A stretch of DNA of 39,575 nt. Origin: Candidatus Staskawiczbacteria bacterium (GTDB lineage Bacteria > Patescibacteriota > Minisyncoccia > Minisyncoccales > Staskawiczbacteraceae). Shown in pieces: positions 1-8,557 of this stretch. The notes under the pieces were generated by a model. That model was not told the DNA's origin. It searched no databases and saw nothing but the letters and a program-made list of their open reading frames with translations. Positions within the stretch are counted from its first letter, which is position 1; every line of letters starts with the position of its first letter. The stretch covers positions 1 through 39,575 of the forward strand of contig CALRFZ010000002.1 of assembly GCA_943357015.1 (NCBI GenBank). Reading direction: 5' to 3'. A program made the position numbers and the translations under genes.

Positions 1-117
1 TCATTGTCCCGAGTTTTTCTATTACACGCAAGTGCAATTTCGCAAAAGTGTAAACAACCCTATCTTAATGTACAGCGTTATATTGCTAAATCTATTATTT
101 AAGGTTTAAATGTAGCT

Positions 118-1476
118 ATGAATACAGGAATAAAAAAATATTTAGATAATCTACCCAAAACCACAGGAGTGTATTTGTTTTATGAAAAATCTATAGACGC
201 TAGACCCTATCCCCTAGATCCTATCTACATCGGCAAAGCCATAAACATCAAGGACCGAGTGAAAAATCATTTCTTCCAGCCAAATTATAAAGACAATTTA
301 TATATTCACAGGGTCAGTAAAATTGACTTTATTAATACCAATTCAGAAATTGAGGCTTTAGTACTTGAAGCTCAATTAATTAAAAAACACCAGCCCAAAT
401 TTAATTCTGTCTGGCGCGATGACAAAAATTATTTTTATGTGGTAGTCGCCAATAAAAAATGTCCAATAGTATATATCGGTCACCAAAGAAAAGATCTAAA
501 AGCTTTATACATTGGCCCATTTACTGAAGGAAACGCCCTAAAAAAAACTTTAAAATTTTTGCGTAAGGTCTTTCCTTATTACACCACCAATAAACATTCT
601 GACAAAAAATGTACTTGGTGCCACCTAGACCTTTGCCCCGGACCAAAGCCGGATTTTAACGCATACAAAAAAAATATTAAAAAACTGACCCTAATTTTGC
701 AAGGAAAAAGTAAAACCGCCCTTTACGCTTTAAAAAAAGAAATGGCCTTAGCTTCAAAACAGAATAAATTTGAAGAAGCCTTAAAAATCCGCGATAAAAT
801 TACAGCTTTAGAAAAAATTATGGCGCATACGCAGGTGATTGAAAATCAAAATTCAGAAGTTAAAAGTCAAAAGCTAGCGGAGAAAAAATGGCAAAAAACG
901 GAAAAATTATTGCAAGAAATTTTAGAAATTAAAACGCCGATTTCAAAAATAGAATGTTACGATATTTCTAATATTGGTGGCGCGCTGGCCGTAGGATCAA
1001 TGGCAGTATTTGTAAATGGCGCGCCCAATAAAAGCCAGTACAAAAAATTTCGCATTAAAATGGAAAATAAACCCAATGACACTGCTATGCTAAAGGAAAT
1101 CTTAACCAGAAGATTAATGCACCCAGAATGGGCCTATCCAGAAGTTATGCTCATTGATGGCGGAATTTCACAATTAAATGTGGGAATAAAAAGCAAGAAC
1201 CAAAATTTACCAAAACCAACGGCCGTCGATTTTGGCAAGTACGCTAAAAACATTAAAATAATTTCCATTGCCAAAGGTAAAAAAGAATTAATTATTCAAG
1301 GACCCGCCACGGCTAAATCTATGACGGGAAAAGCAAAAAAAATTCCCTTAAATAAGCTACCACAAGATATTTATAATTTAATTACATACCTAGATGATGA
1401 GGCTCACCGATTTGCCATCAACTACCATAGAAACCTGAGAAAAAAATATCTGTTACCTAAGAATGCGCATTCGTAA
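118..1476 (+). CDS. uvrC: Excinuclease ABC subunit C (UvrC), short form lacking the C-terminal (HhH)2 domain
   Basis: GIY-YIG motif GVYLFY...IYIGKAINIKDRVKNHF. UVR helix KFEEALKIRDKITALEKI. RNase H-like endonuclease block IECYDISNIGG...MLIDGGISQLN...DDEAHRFAINYHRNLRKK. The ORF stops about 12 aa after that block. Confidence 0.85.
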   Translation: MNTGIKKYLDNLPKTTGVYLFYEKSIDARPYPLDPIYIGKAINIKDRVKNHFFQPNYKDNLYIHRVSKIDFINTNSEIEALVLEAQLIKKHQPKFNSVWRDDKNYFYVVVANKKCPIVYIGHQRKDLKALYIGPFTEGNALKKTLKFLRKVFPYYTTNKHSDKKCTWCHLDLCPGPKPDFNAYKKNIKKLTLILQGKSKTALYALKKEMALASKQNKFEEALKIRDKITALEKIMAHTQVIENQNSEVKSQKLAEKKWQKTEKLLQEILEIKTPISKIECYDISNIGGALAVGSMAVFVNGAPNKSQYKKFRIKMENKPNDTAMLKEILTRRLMHPEWAYPEVMLIDGGISQLNVGIKSKNQNLPKPTAVDFGKYAKNIKIISIAKGKKELIIQGPATAKSMTGKAKKIPLNKLPQDIYNLITYLDDEAHRFAINYHRNLRKKYLLPKNAHS

Positions 1477-1497
1477 TTCGCCAAAATTTGTAATTCG
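1467..1497. repeat. CGTAATTCG-family repeat overlapping the uvrC stop
   Basis: Its reverse complement matches 32392-32422 at 28/31 positions. Confidence 0.8.
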
Positions 1498-1561
1498 TAG
1501 GATTATTTATTTTTTACCCATCACCTTGATATTTTTGCCAAACCTTGCTAGTATTAAACTG

Positions 1562-1954
1562 ATGAAAAGTCTTCTGTCTTATATAATTAGTGCCGGATTA
1601 GGGCTTTGGCTCTCAACTTTATTTGTGGCTGGAGTTTTTGTTAAAGCCGTGCCTAATTCAAATTTTTTTGGACTGGCCATTAATACCCAGTGGCAACTTT
1701 TTATTTTGCTTGGCATAATACTGGGATTACTTAACTACTTTGCAAAACCAATATTAAGCATTATTACCCTACCTTTGCAAATTATTTCTTTAGGACTTTT
1801 TAGCTTTATAATCAATATGGGGTTAATTTGGATTCTAGATGTTATTTTTCAAGAATTTAGCGCGCCATTACTACTACCTTTAATTTGGACTACTATAATT
1901 GTTTGGACAATTAACATTTTATTAAGCAATTCAGTACTAAAGATTAGGGATTAA
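1562..1954 (+). CDS. Small multi-TM membrane protein, Phage_holin_4_2 / DUF360-like
   Basis: Family-like motif LLNYFAKPILSIITLPLQIISLGLFSFIINMGLIW. ATG 1562 (MKSLLSYII) is preferred because the ORF-track start 1463 translates a repeat element overlapping the uvrC stop. Confidence 0.6.
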   Translation: MKSLLSYIISAGLGLWLSTLFVAGVFVKAVPNSNFFGLAINTQWQLFILLGIILGLLNYFAKPILSIITLPLQIISLGLFSFIINMGLIWILDVIFQEFSAPLLLPLIWTTIIVWTINILLSNSVLKIRD

Positions 1955-2079
1955 ACTTAGAATCTAGAATCTTGTATCTTGAAGCTAGAATGAAATATAA
2001 AATAGAGAATGTGATAAAATTATCAATTCATTTTTATATTCATGCTACCAGATACTAAATTCAAAATTCATTTTTTAAA

Positions 2080-2310
2080 ATGGTATCCATTCAACAAATT
2101 TTATTTTTTACGCAAATTGGAGTGTCAGTAACCTTAATTATTTTAATTGCTATCCAACAGCGTGGCACGGCGCTTGGGTCTGGCTTTGGAGGCGGGGGCG
2201 GAGGCGAATTTTACTCCCAAAGGCGTGGTATACAAAAAAAAATCTACTATGCTACAATTGTCATAGCTGGACTCTTTATTGCTTTAGGTATTGCTAATCT
2301 CCTAGTATAA
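2080..2310 (+). CDS. secG: Preprotein translocase subunit SecG
   Basis: 76 aa with two TM helices separated by the Gly-rich loop GSGFGGGGGGEFYSQRRG, the typical SecG architecture. Confidence 0.75.
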   Translation: MVSIQQILFFTQIGVSVTLIILIAIQQRGTALGSGFGGGGGGEFYSQRRGIQKKIYYATIVIAGLFIALGIANLLV

Positions 2311-2312
2311 AA

Positions 2313-2404
2313 TAGTGGCTAGTTGGTAGTGAGTAGTTGGTAGATTTTTCTTGAATTAAAATAGTTTATTCAATTCTACTCACTACAAACTACTCACTAC
2401 AAAC
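2313..2404. repeat. Family B palindromic heptamer element, copy B1 (fills the secG-SBP spacer)
   Basis: Arms TAGTTGG-TAGTGAG-TAGTTGG and CTACTCA-CTACAAA-CTACTCA-CTACAAA around a 38-nt non-palindromic core. Confidence 0.85.
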
Positions 2405-2408
2405 TTTA

Positions 2409-4412
2409 TTGAAATTTCCTAGTTTTTCTCAATGGAAACAAATTTTTAAAGTACTAAAAAAAAGTGAGAGACTAACTCTTTTAATATTTTTTATACTCGC
2501 GGTTGGATCTTTTATTTTTTTAATTAGCAATTTTTATTTTAATCACACTAAAATTGTGCCAGCGCTAGGAAAAACCTTTACAGAAGGCGTTGTGGGTCAG
2601 CCAAGATTTATCAATCCCATATACGGAGAAACTAACGATACAGATAGGTCTCTGATTGAACTGATATTTTCTGGCTTAATGACTTACGATAAACAGGGTA
2701 ATATCGTCAATGATCTAGCAGATCAATACACAATTTCCAAAGATGGAAAAACTTACACTTTTACCCTTAAAAATAATATTTTTTGGCACGACTCAAAACC
2801 ACTAACCTCCGATGATGTGATTTTTACCATCAAAACCATACAAAATTCCGACTACAAAAGCCCCTTGCGCGCCAATTGGATAGACGTAACAACAGAAAAA
2901 CTATCAGACAAATCATTTTCTTTAACCCTAAAACAGCCATATAATTCGTTTTTGGAAAACTGCACCTTAAAAATCATTCCCAAACATATTTGGGAAAATA
3001 TTTCCCCAGAGAATTTCATTCTTTCACTCTACAATTTACAACCAATTGGATCAGGGCCGTTTACATTTGATAGTCTTAACCAAACCAAAACAGGCTACAT
3101 AGAAAGTTTGCAATTAAAATCAAATCGCAGGTACTATAATACTACTTCATTCATTGCCAATTTAGATTTTAAATTTTTTGAAAATTCTAATGATTTATTA
3201 AATTTGGCAAAATCACGCCAAATCAATGGTTTTAGTGTTGCTAATTCAGACCAAAATATCAAAGAATTAGAAGCGCAACTTGGTCAAGGTTGGCTAAGCG
3301 GTCAAAAATTTAACCGCTACTCACTTTTATTGCCAAGATATTTTGCCGTATTTTTAAATAACCAAAAATCAAGTATTTTTTCAGATAGCAACATCAGAAA
3401 GGCTTTACTTTATGCCGTCAACAAAGAAGAGCTAAACCAAGATATTAATCTTAAAACTGGCATTGAATCTAGTATAGTTAATTCACCAATTCTGCCAGAT
3501 TTTTACGGGTATCAGGCGCCCCAAAACACTTATTTATTTGATAAAGATAAAGCTAATGCCCTGTTAGATAAAACTGGATTTAAACTTAACGAAAATGGCC
3601 AAAGAGAAAAAACTACCACCAAAAATCCCGCCTTTCAGTTTAAAAGTTACCTAAAAACTGGATCAAAAGGAACTGAAGTAACTCAACTTCAAAACTGCTT
3701 ATTGGGCTTACCAAAAAATAATAAAGATTATTCCAGTGTGATGCAAGGTTATGTTAGTGGTACATATGGATTAAGCACTGAAAACGCTGTGACAGAATTT
3801 CAAAAAGAATATTTGCCAGCATTAAAGCCAACCGGAGAGACAGGCGCATCAACTCGTAAAAAATTTAACGAACTTTGCGCAACCCCAATAAAAAGCGTCC
3901 AAAATTTAACCTTTACCCTAACAACAATCAATCAGCCACAGCTATTAGAAGTAGCCAACGCCCTAAAAAACTACTGGCAAACAGTTGGAATTACAGTCCA
4001 AATAAACGCAACAAGCATTACCGATTTAAAACCAATTATCAAAAACAGAAGTTATGACGCTTTGCTTTACGGGGAAACCTTAGGTATGGAACCCGACCTT
4101 TACCCATTTTGGTATTCATCGCAAAAACAAGACCCAGGACTTAACCTTTCAGCTTACGAAAATAAAGAAGTAGATAAATTGCTAAAAAATTCCCGACAAA
4201 GTCTAAATCAAAATCAAAAACAATTAGATTTAGAAAAACTGCAAAATCTAATTACCGCCGATGCGCCCGCCCTCTTTTTATATAATCCAAATTTTACTTA
4301 TTTTGTTACCCAAAATGTGCAAGGCATAACTAACGGAAAAATTGCAGATCCGGCCAAGCGATTTATTGATATTACCCAGTGGTTTATACAAACCAAAAGA
4401 GCGTGGAAATAA
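2409..4412 (+). CDS. Membrane-anchored ABC-type solute-binding protein, family 5 (peptide/nickel type) with an inserted peptidoglycan-binding (PG_binding_1-like) module
   Basis: TTG start and N-terminal TM LTLLIFFILAVGSFIFLISNFYF. SBP_bac_5-like blocks: GVVGQPRFINP, GLMTYDKQGNIVNDLA, FTLKNNIFWHDSKPLTSDDVIFT, PIGSGPF, FLYNPNF. Insert: GSKGTEVTQLQNCLLGL...GTYGLSTENAVTEFQKEY...TGETGASTRKKFNEL. Confidence 0.75.
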   Translation: MKFPSFSQWKQIFKVLKKSERLTLLIFFILAVGSFIFLISNFYFNHTKIVPALGKTFTEGVVGQPRFINPIYGETNDTDRSLIELIFSGLMTYDKQGNIVNDLADQYTISKDGKTYTFTLKNNIFWHDSKPLTSDDVIFTIKTIQNSDYKSPLRANWIDVTTEKLSDKSFSLTLKQPYNSFLENCTLKIIPKHIWENISPENFILSLYNLQPIGSGPFTFDSLNQTKTGYIESLQLKSNRRYYNTTSFIANLDFKFFENSNDLLNLAKSRQINGFSVANSDQNIKELEAQLGQGWLSGQKFNRYSLLLPRYFAVFLNNQKSSIFSDSNIRKALLYAVNKEELNQDINLKTGIESSIVNSPILPDFYGYQAPQNTYLFDKDKANALLDKTGFKLNENGQREKTTTKNPAFQFKSYLKTGSKGTEVTQLQNCLLGLPKNNKDYSSVMQGYVSGTYGLSTENAVTEFQKEYLPALKPTGETGASTRKKFNELCATPIKSVQNLTFTLTTINQPQLLEVANALKNYWQTVGITVQINATSITDLKPIIKNRSYDALLYGETLGMEPDLYPFWYSSQKQDPGLNLSAYENKEVDKLLKNSRQSLNQNQKQLDLEKLQNLITADAPALFLYNPNFTYFVTQNVQGITNGKIADPAKRFIDITQWFIQTKRAWK

Positions 4413-4542
4413 TTTACAGAAATTCCTAATTACCAATACCCAATTTCCAATCAAATCTTAATTACCAAATTTCTAAAAAGTTTCAAGTCATTATTTTTAG
4501 AAGTTGATTGATTATTGAGCCTTGAGTATTGGGATTTAAAAT

Positions 4543-5133
4543 ATGTCTATTGATTTATCAAAACTTAACCCTGATACAAGATACTTAAATGATATGCGTA
4601 GCGTTTTACGCGACCAAGAATGGGCAAAATCTGCGTCAAATATGGCATTATATTTTATGTACCGAGGCATAGAAGAATTAAACCAAATACGCTATGATAT
4701 TACAGTGGTTCCCGCTAATATGCTTGGCCAAGAATATGTCAAAACTAAGGGACATTACCACATAGGCAAATACGGCGAAGTTTATACAGTATTAGAGGGG
4801 CAAGCAATCTACTTAATGCAAAAAAAATTTAACGATGACAATATAGCCGATGTTTATGCTGTGCAGGCAAAAAAAGGCGATGTAGTAGTTATTCCTTCAG
4901 ACTATGGACACATAACAATTAACCCATCAAAAGAAGAATTAAAAATGGCTAACTGGGTAGCGTCAGACTGCAAAAGCGATTACTCTCTTTTTGAAAAACT
5001 ACAAGGAGCCTGCTACCATTACACGCTAGAAGGCTGGCAAAAAAACGAAAATTATAAAAATGTCCCACCCCTAAGATTTGAAGAACCACTCAAAGAAGTG
5101 CCAAGCAATTTAGATTTTCTAAAGGTTAAATAG
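4543..5133 (+). CDS. Cupin-type glucose-6-phosphate isomerase (archaeal-type cPGI family)
   Basis: 196 aa with cupin metal motif TKGHYHIGKYGEVYTVLEGQAIYLMQ ... GDVVVIPSDYGHITINP. Confidence 0.65.
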   Translation: MSIDLSKLNPDTRYLNDMRSVLRDQEWAKSASNMALYFMYRGIEELNQIRYDITVVPANMLGQEYVKTKGHYHIGKYGEVYTVLEGQAIYLMQKKFNDDNIADVYAVQAKKGDVVVIPSDYGHITINPSKEELKMANWVASDCKSDYSLFEKLQGACYHYTLEGWQKNENYKNVPPLRFEEPLKEVPSNLDFLKVK

Positions 5134-5138
5134 AAATG

Positions 5139-5220
5139 GCCCGAGTGGCGAAATTGGCAACCGCACGCGCTTCAGGTGCGCGCGCCGAAAGGCTTGAGGG
5201 TTCGAGTCCCTCCTCGGGCA
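5139..5220 (+). tRNA. tRNA-Leu (anticodon CAG), type II with long variable arm, CCA not encoded
   Basis: Acceptor GCCCGAG/CTCGGGC with discriminator A. D-arm contains AATTGG. Anticodon stem CGCGC/GCGCG with loop TTCAGGT. T-arm GAGGG-TTCGAGT-CCCTC. Close resemblance to canonical bacterial tRNA-Leu(CAG). Confidence 0.85.
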
Positions 5221-5439
5221 CACAACTAAATTAACAAAAGCGATCTGTAGCAATTTTATAATTTTTAATTTTATAATTTTTAAATAATTTCTTAATTTCG
5301 TAATGTTTTAAACATTAAAAATTTAAGCTTTTATTTATAAAATTATAAAAATTTAAAAATTCACCATTATTCATTAAAATATATAAAAAAATTAACATTA
5401 ATCCCTACGCGACTCGCGTAGCGGGAAAAACAAAAAATT

Positions 5440-7350
5440 ATGGAAGAAAAACAAATAATCAAACCACTTCAGTCTAATCAAAGCAACCCTCCAAATATAA
5501 TTGGAGCTAGTCCTTTGAATTTAAATCAAAATAAAAGTTTTAATAGAGGTCATAGCCGAAAAACAAATCGTTCTAAAAATTCACGGCCGAGACCACGAGC
5601 TACTATTGGTAGTCAACAAGTCAATGAAACAAAAATTGAATTAACTCCTTCAAAGCCCAATACTTTACGAATCATCCCCCTTGGCGGTTGCGAAGAAGTG
5701 GGTCGCAATATGACCGTTTTTGAATATAATCAAGATATTGTGCTTTTAGATATGGGTTTGCAATTTCCTGAAGAAGATATGCCCGGAATTGACTATGTTA
5801 TTCCTAATACAGATTATTTAAAAGGCAAAGAACAAAATATTAAAGCTGTCATTTTTAGTCACGGACATTTAGACCATATTGGAGCGGCGCCAATTTTATT
5901 GGCAAAACTAGGTTATCCGCCAGTACTTGGCCGACCTTTAACTATGGAAATGATTAAGCACCGAATGGAAGACTTTGAAAAAGGCAGTTCCAAAAGACTA
6001 AAAACTACCTATATTCAATCTCTAGATGAAAAACATACATTGGGAAATTTCAATTTGTCGTTTTTTCAAATTGACCACGCCATTATGGACGCTGTGGGAG
6101 TAATTTTAGAAACTCCTGTTGGCACTGTTGTGCATCCGGGTGATTGGACAATTGAAAAAGATCCGATTGGTCGAGATATTTTGCACTATCATCAATTGGC
6201 AAATTTAAAAAGGCCAACGATTTTAATGTTAGAAGCCTTGGGAGCTGTCAACACCAAAACTCCTGTTACCGAACAAGAAATGATGACTAATATCACCAAA
6301 ATAGTTGGTGGGGCGCCTGGTAGGACAATTATTGCCACGTTTTCTAGTCAAATTGAAAGAATAAAACAAATTTTAGAATTTGCTCACCATACCGGCAAAA
6401 AAGTGGCGCTGGACGGTTTTTCTATGAAAATGAATATTGAGCTTGCCACCCAACTTGGCTATATTAAAATTCCAAACGGCGTAATTATTACCATTGATAA
6501 AATTGCCGAATACCCCGACAACAAAGTTATTGTTATTTGTACAGGCGCGCAAGGCGAAGAAATGGCCGCGCTTCCCCGCATTATTGCCGGCAACCACAAA
6601 TACATTACCATTAAAAAAGAAGATACAATTATTTTTTCTTCTTCAGTAATTCCCGGTAATGAAAGAACGGTTCAGCGTGTTAAAGACAATATTTATCGCC
6701 TGTCAGATAATGTTTATCACAACGATATTATTAGCGTGCACGCATCTGGGCACACTAATATTGATGGTATTAAACAAATGCTTGACGAAGTAAAACCCGA
6801 TTACTTTATTCCGGTTTATGGCAATCACTTTATGTTAAAAGAATGCGCGCGCATTGCCTATGGAATAGGTATACCAAAACACAAAGTTGTGGTGCCAGAT
6901 AACGGGTCAATTATTGTTTTTGATAATCACCCTTCGACAGGCTCAGGGCAAGAAAAAGTAGAAGTTTTGAAAGAAAAAGTCCCAACAAATTACGTGTTTG
7001 TAGACGGACTTGGCGTGGGCGATATTGGGGAAATTGTGCTTCGTGACCGACAAATGTTGGCGCAAGACGGAATGTTTGTTATTGTTACTATCATTGATAA
7101 GGCAACTGGAAAAGTTAAGGGTTCGCCAGATATTATTTCCAGAGGATTTGTGTACCTTAGAGAATCTAAAGAATTACTAAAACAAACTCGCAAAAAAGTG
7201 GTAGAAATTGCCGAAAGATCTGGTGGGCACGGATCAACTACTCCAGATTGGAATTATGTCAAAGACGAATTGCGCAACAAAATTGGAGACTTTTTGTTTG
7301 CCAAAACCGAAAGAAGGCCAATGATTTTACCAGTGGTAATTGAAGTGTAA
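5440..7350 (+). CDS. rnj: Ribonuclease J (metallo-beta-lactamase / beta-CASP) with a basic low-complexity N-terminal extension of about 75 aa
   Basis: LRIIPLGGCEEVGRNMTVFEY and HGHLDHIGAAP (HxHxDH). beta-CASP and C-terminal domain are also consistent (ASGHTN, VFVDGLGVGDIG). Confidence 0.85.
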   Translation: MEEKQIIKPLQSNQSNPPNIIGASPLNLNQNKSFNRGHSRKTNRSKNSRPRPRATIGSQQVNETKIELTPSKPNTLRIIPLGGCEEVGRNMTVFEYNQDIVLLDMGLQFPEEDMPGIDYVIPNTDYLKGKEQNIKAVIFSHGHLDHIGAAPILLAKLGYPPVLGRPLTMEMIKHRMEDFEKGSSKRLKTTYIQSLDEKHTLGNFNLSFFQIDHAIMDAVGVILETPVGTVVHPGDWTIEKDPIGRDILHYHQLANLKRPTILMLEALGAVNTKTPVTEQEMMTNITKIVGGAPGRTIIATFSSQIERIKQILEFAHHTGKKVALDGFSMKMNIELATQLGYIKIPNGVIITIDKIAEYPDNKVIVICTGAQGEEMAALPRIIAGNHKYITIKKEDTIIFSSSVIPGNERTVQRVKDNIYRLSDNVYHNDIISVHASGHTNIDGIKQMLDEVKPDYFIPVYGNHFMLKECARIAYGIGIPKHKVVVPDNGSIIVFDNHPSTGSGQEKVEVLKEKVPTNYVFVDGLGVGDIGEIVLRDRQMLAQDGMFVIVTIIDKATGKVKGSPDIISRGFVYLRESKELLKQTRKKVVEIAERSGGHGSTTPDWNYVKDELRNKIGDFLFAKTERRPMILPVVIEV

Positions 7351-7353
7351 ATA

Positions 7354-7494
7354 AATTTGAAATTTGAAATTTACAATTTGAAATCAATTTACAATAATTA
7401 AATTTGAAACTGTAAACATTAGTATTATTTTTTCAAATTTTAATATTTAAATAATTCAAATTGATTTCAAATTTCAAATTGTAAATTTCAAATT
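7354..7494. repeat. Family A palindromic element, copy A1 (fills the rnj-trpS spacer)
   Basis: 29-nt termini AATTTGAAATTTGAAATTTACAATTTGAA and TTCAAATTTCAAATTGTAAATTTCAAATT. The right end abuts the trpS ATG. Confidence 0.85.
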
Positions 7495-7495
7495 T

Positions 7496-8473
7496 ATGAG
7501 AATCGTATCTGGAATACAGCCAACTTCACAGCTTCATATCGGCAACTATTTGGGAGCCATAAAACAGTGGATACCACTGCAAGAAAATAACGAATGCGTT
7601 TTTTTCATTGCTGACTTGCACGCCATTACAACTCCCTACGATCCAAAAAACCTGCAAAACGCCATCAAAGAAACCGTAATTGCCTATATTTCAGCTGGTC
7701 TAAACCCAGAAAAGGCAATTATTTTTGTCCAATCGCAAATTAAAGAACATACAGAACTTGGCTGGCTCTTAAATACCATCTGTCCCATTGGCGAATTGGA
7801 ACGAATGACCCAATACAAAGATAAATCTAAAAAGTTTAAAGCCAATATCAACGCGGGGCTTTTAGATTATCCGGTCCTGCAAACCGCTGATGTACTTTTA
7901 TACAAAGGCCAAGCCGTACCAGTTGGTAAAGATCAAGAACAACACATTGAATTAATGCGAACTTTATCACGCAAATTCAATCAAAAATTTGGACAGACAT
8001 TTAGTGAACCCGCTTCAATGATTTTAAAAGAAGGGTCAAAAATTATGAGTCTGACCGACCCTAAAAAGAAAATGTCAAAATCCGATGACCCAAAAAGTTG
8101 CATTTTTTTATTTGATGAGCCAGAGGTCATTACCAAAAAAATCTTGTCGGCGCAAACCGATTCAGGTAAGGATGTAATTTACAATGTCACTAAAAAACCG
8201 GGAATTTCAAATCTTTTAACTATTTACAGTCTTTTAACTGGCAAAACCACTCAGCAACTGGAAGATGAATTTAGAGACAAAGGTTATGGCGACTTTAAAA
8301 AATCACTGGCTTTAGTGGTGGTAAATTACCTAGAACCATTCAGGCGTAAACAAAAAGAACTAGCCACAAGAGAAGTTTACATTCAAGAAATCTTAAAACA
8401 GGGCCATTCCCGCGCTCTAACAATTGCTCAAGAAACCATCAAAGAAGTAAAAGAAAAAATGGGATTGGTTTAG
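7496..8473 (+). CDS. trpS: Tryptophanyl-tRNA synthetase
   Basis: SGIQPTSQLHIGNYLGAI (HIGH motif) and KMSKS. The length of 325 aa is typical of bacterial TrpRS. Confidence 0.9.
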   Translation: MRIVSGIQPTSQLHIGNYLGAIKQWIPLQENNECVFFIADLHAITTPYDPKNLQNAIKETVIAYISAGLNPEKAIIFVQSQIKEHTELGWLLNTICPIGELERMTQYKDKSKKFKANINAGLLDYPVLQTADVLLYKGQAVPVGKDQEQHIELMRTLSRKFNQKFGQTFSEPASMILKEGSKIMSLTDPKKKMSKSDDPKSCIFLFDEPEVITKKILSAQTDSGKDVIYNVTKKPGISNLLTIYSLLTGKTTQQLEDEFRDKGYGDFKKSLALVVVNYLEPFRRKQKELATREVYIQEILKQGHSRALTIAQETIKEVKEKMGLV

Positions 8474-8477
8474 ATTT

Positions 8478-8511
8478 TAGTGGGTAGTTGGTAGTGAGTA
8501 GTTGGTAGATT
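8478..8511. repeat. Family B, half copy B2 (left arm only) abutting the trpS terminator
   Basis: 33/34 nt identical to 2313-2346. Confidence 0.85.
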
Positions 8512-8546
8512 AAAAAACAGCCTATTTATTAAAATGGCTGTTTTTT
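8512..8546. terminator. Bidirectional rho-independent terminator between convergent trpS and PMM/PGM
   Basis: AAAAAACAGCC-tatttattaaaat-GGCTGTTTTTT. Confidence 0.7.
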
Positions 8547-8557
8547 AGTCATACCAA

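Noticed and set aside
1-117. Possible gene end or promoter at the left edge
   Set aside because: There is too little sequence. A TTGCTA-17-TTAAAT promoter-like pair ends 6 nt before the uvrC ATG, which hints at a leaderless transcript. This is weak and cannot be verified from sequence alone.
1463-1561. N-terminal extensions in ORF-track models (1463, 28436, 30484, 30966, 33579)
   Set aside because: The extra codons translate heptamer repeats or palindromes (for example MRIRNSPKFVIRR, MTANWQLAKLLTTNYSLV, MTQYINSFSYVYIRISYLTI). They precede start sites that give canonical family N-termini, so shorter models were adopted.
3875-4057. Short internal or antisense ORFs inside well-supported genes (for example 3875-4057, 6373-6597, 6990-7193, 11217-11411, 12073-12936, 13315-15483, 16805-20149, 21206-21888, 24695-24901, 25719-26119, 27275-27559, 28396-28659, 29679-30347, 30530-30715, 31473-32441, 32501-33289, 34014-34274, 35704-35895, 36213-36431, 38374-38601)
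   Set aside because: All are nested in or antisense to genes with strong family motifs. Their low-complexity translations have no recognisable motifs, so they are treated as frame shadows.
5401-5410. 10-mer ATCCCTACGC shared between the rnj upstream hairpin and the cassette terminator (15517-15526, opposite strand)
   Set aside because: A single 10-mer coincidence cannot be distinguished from chance in 80 kb of two-strand sequence.
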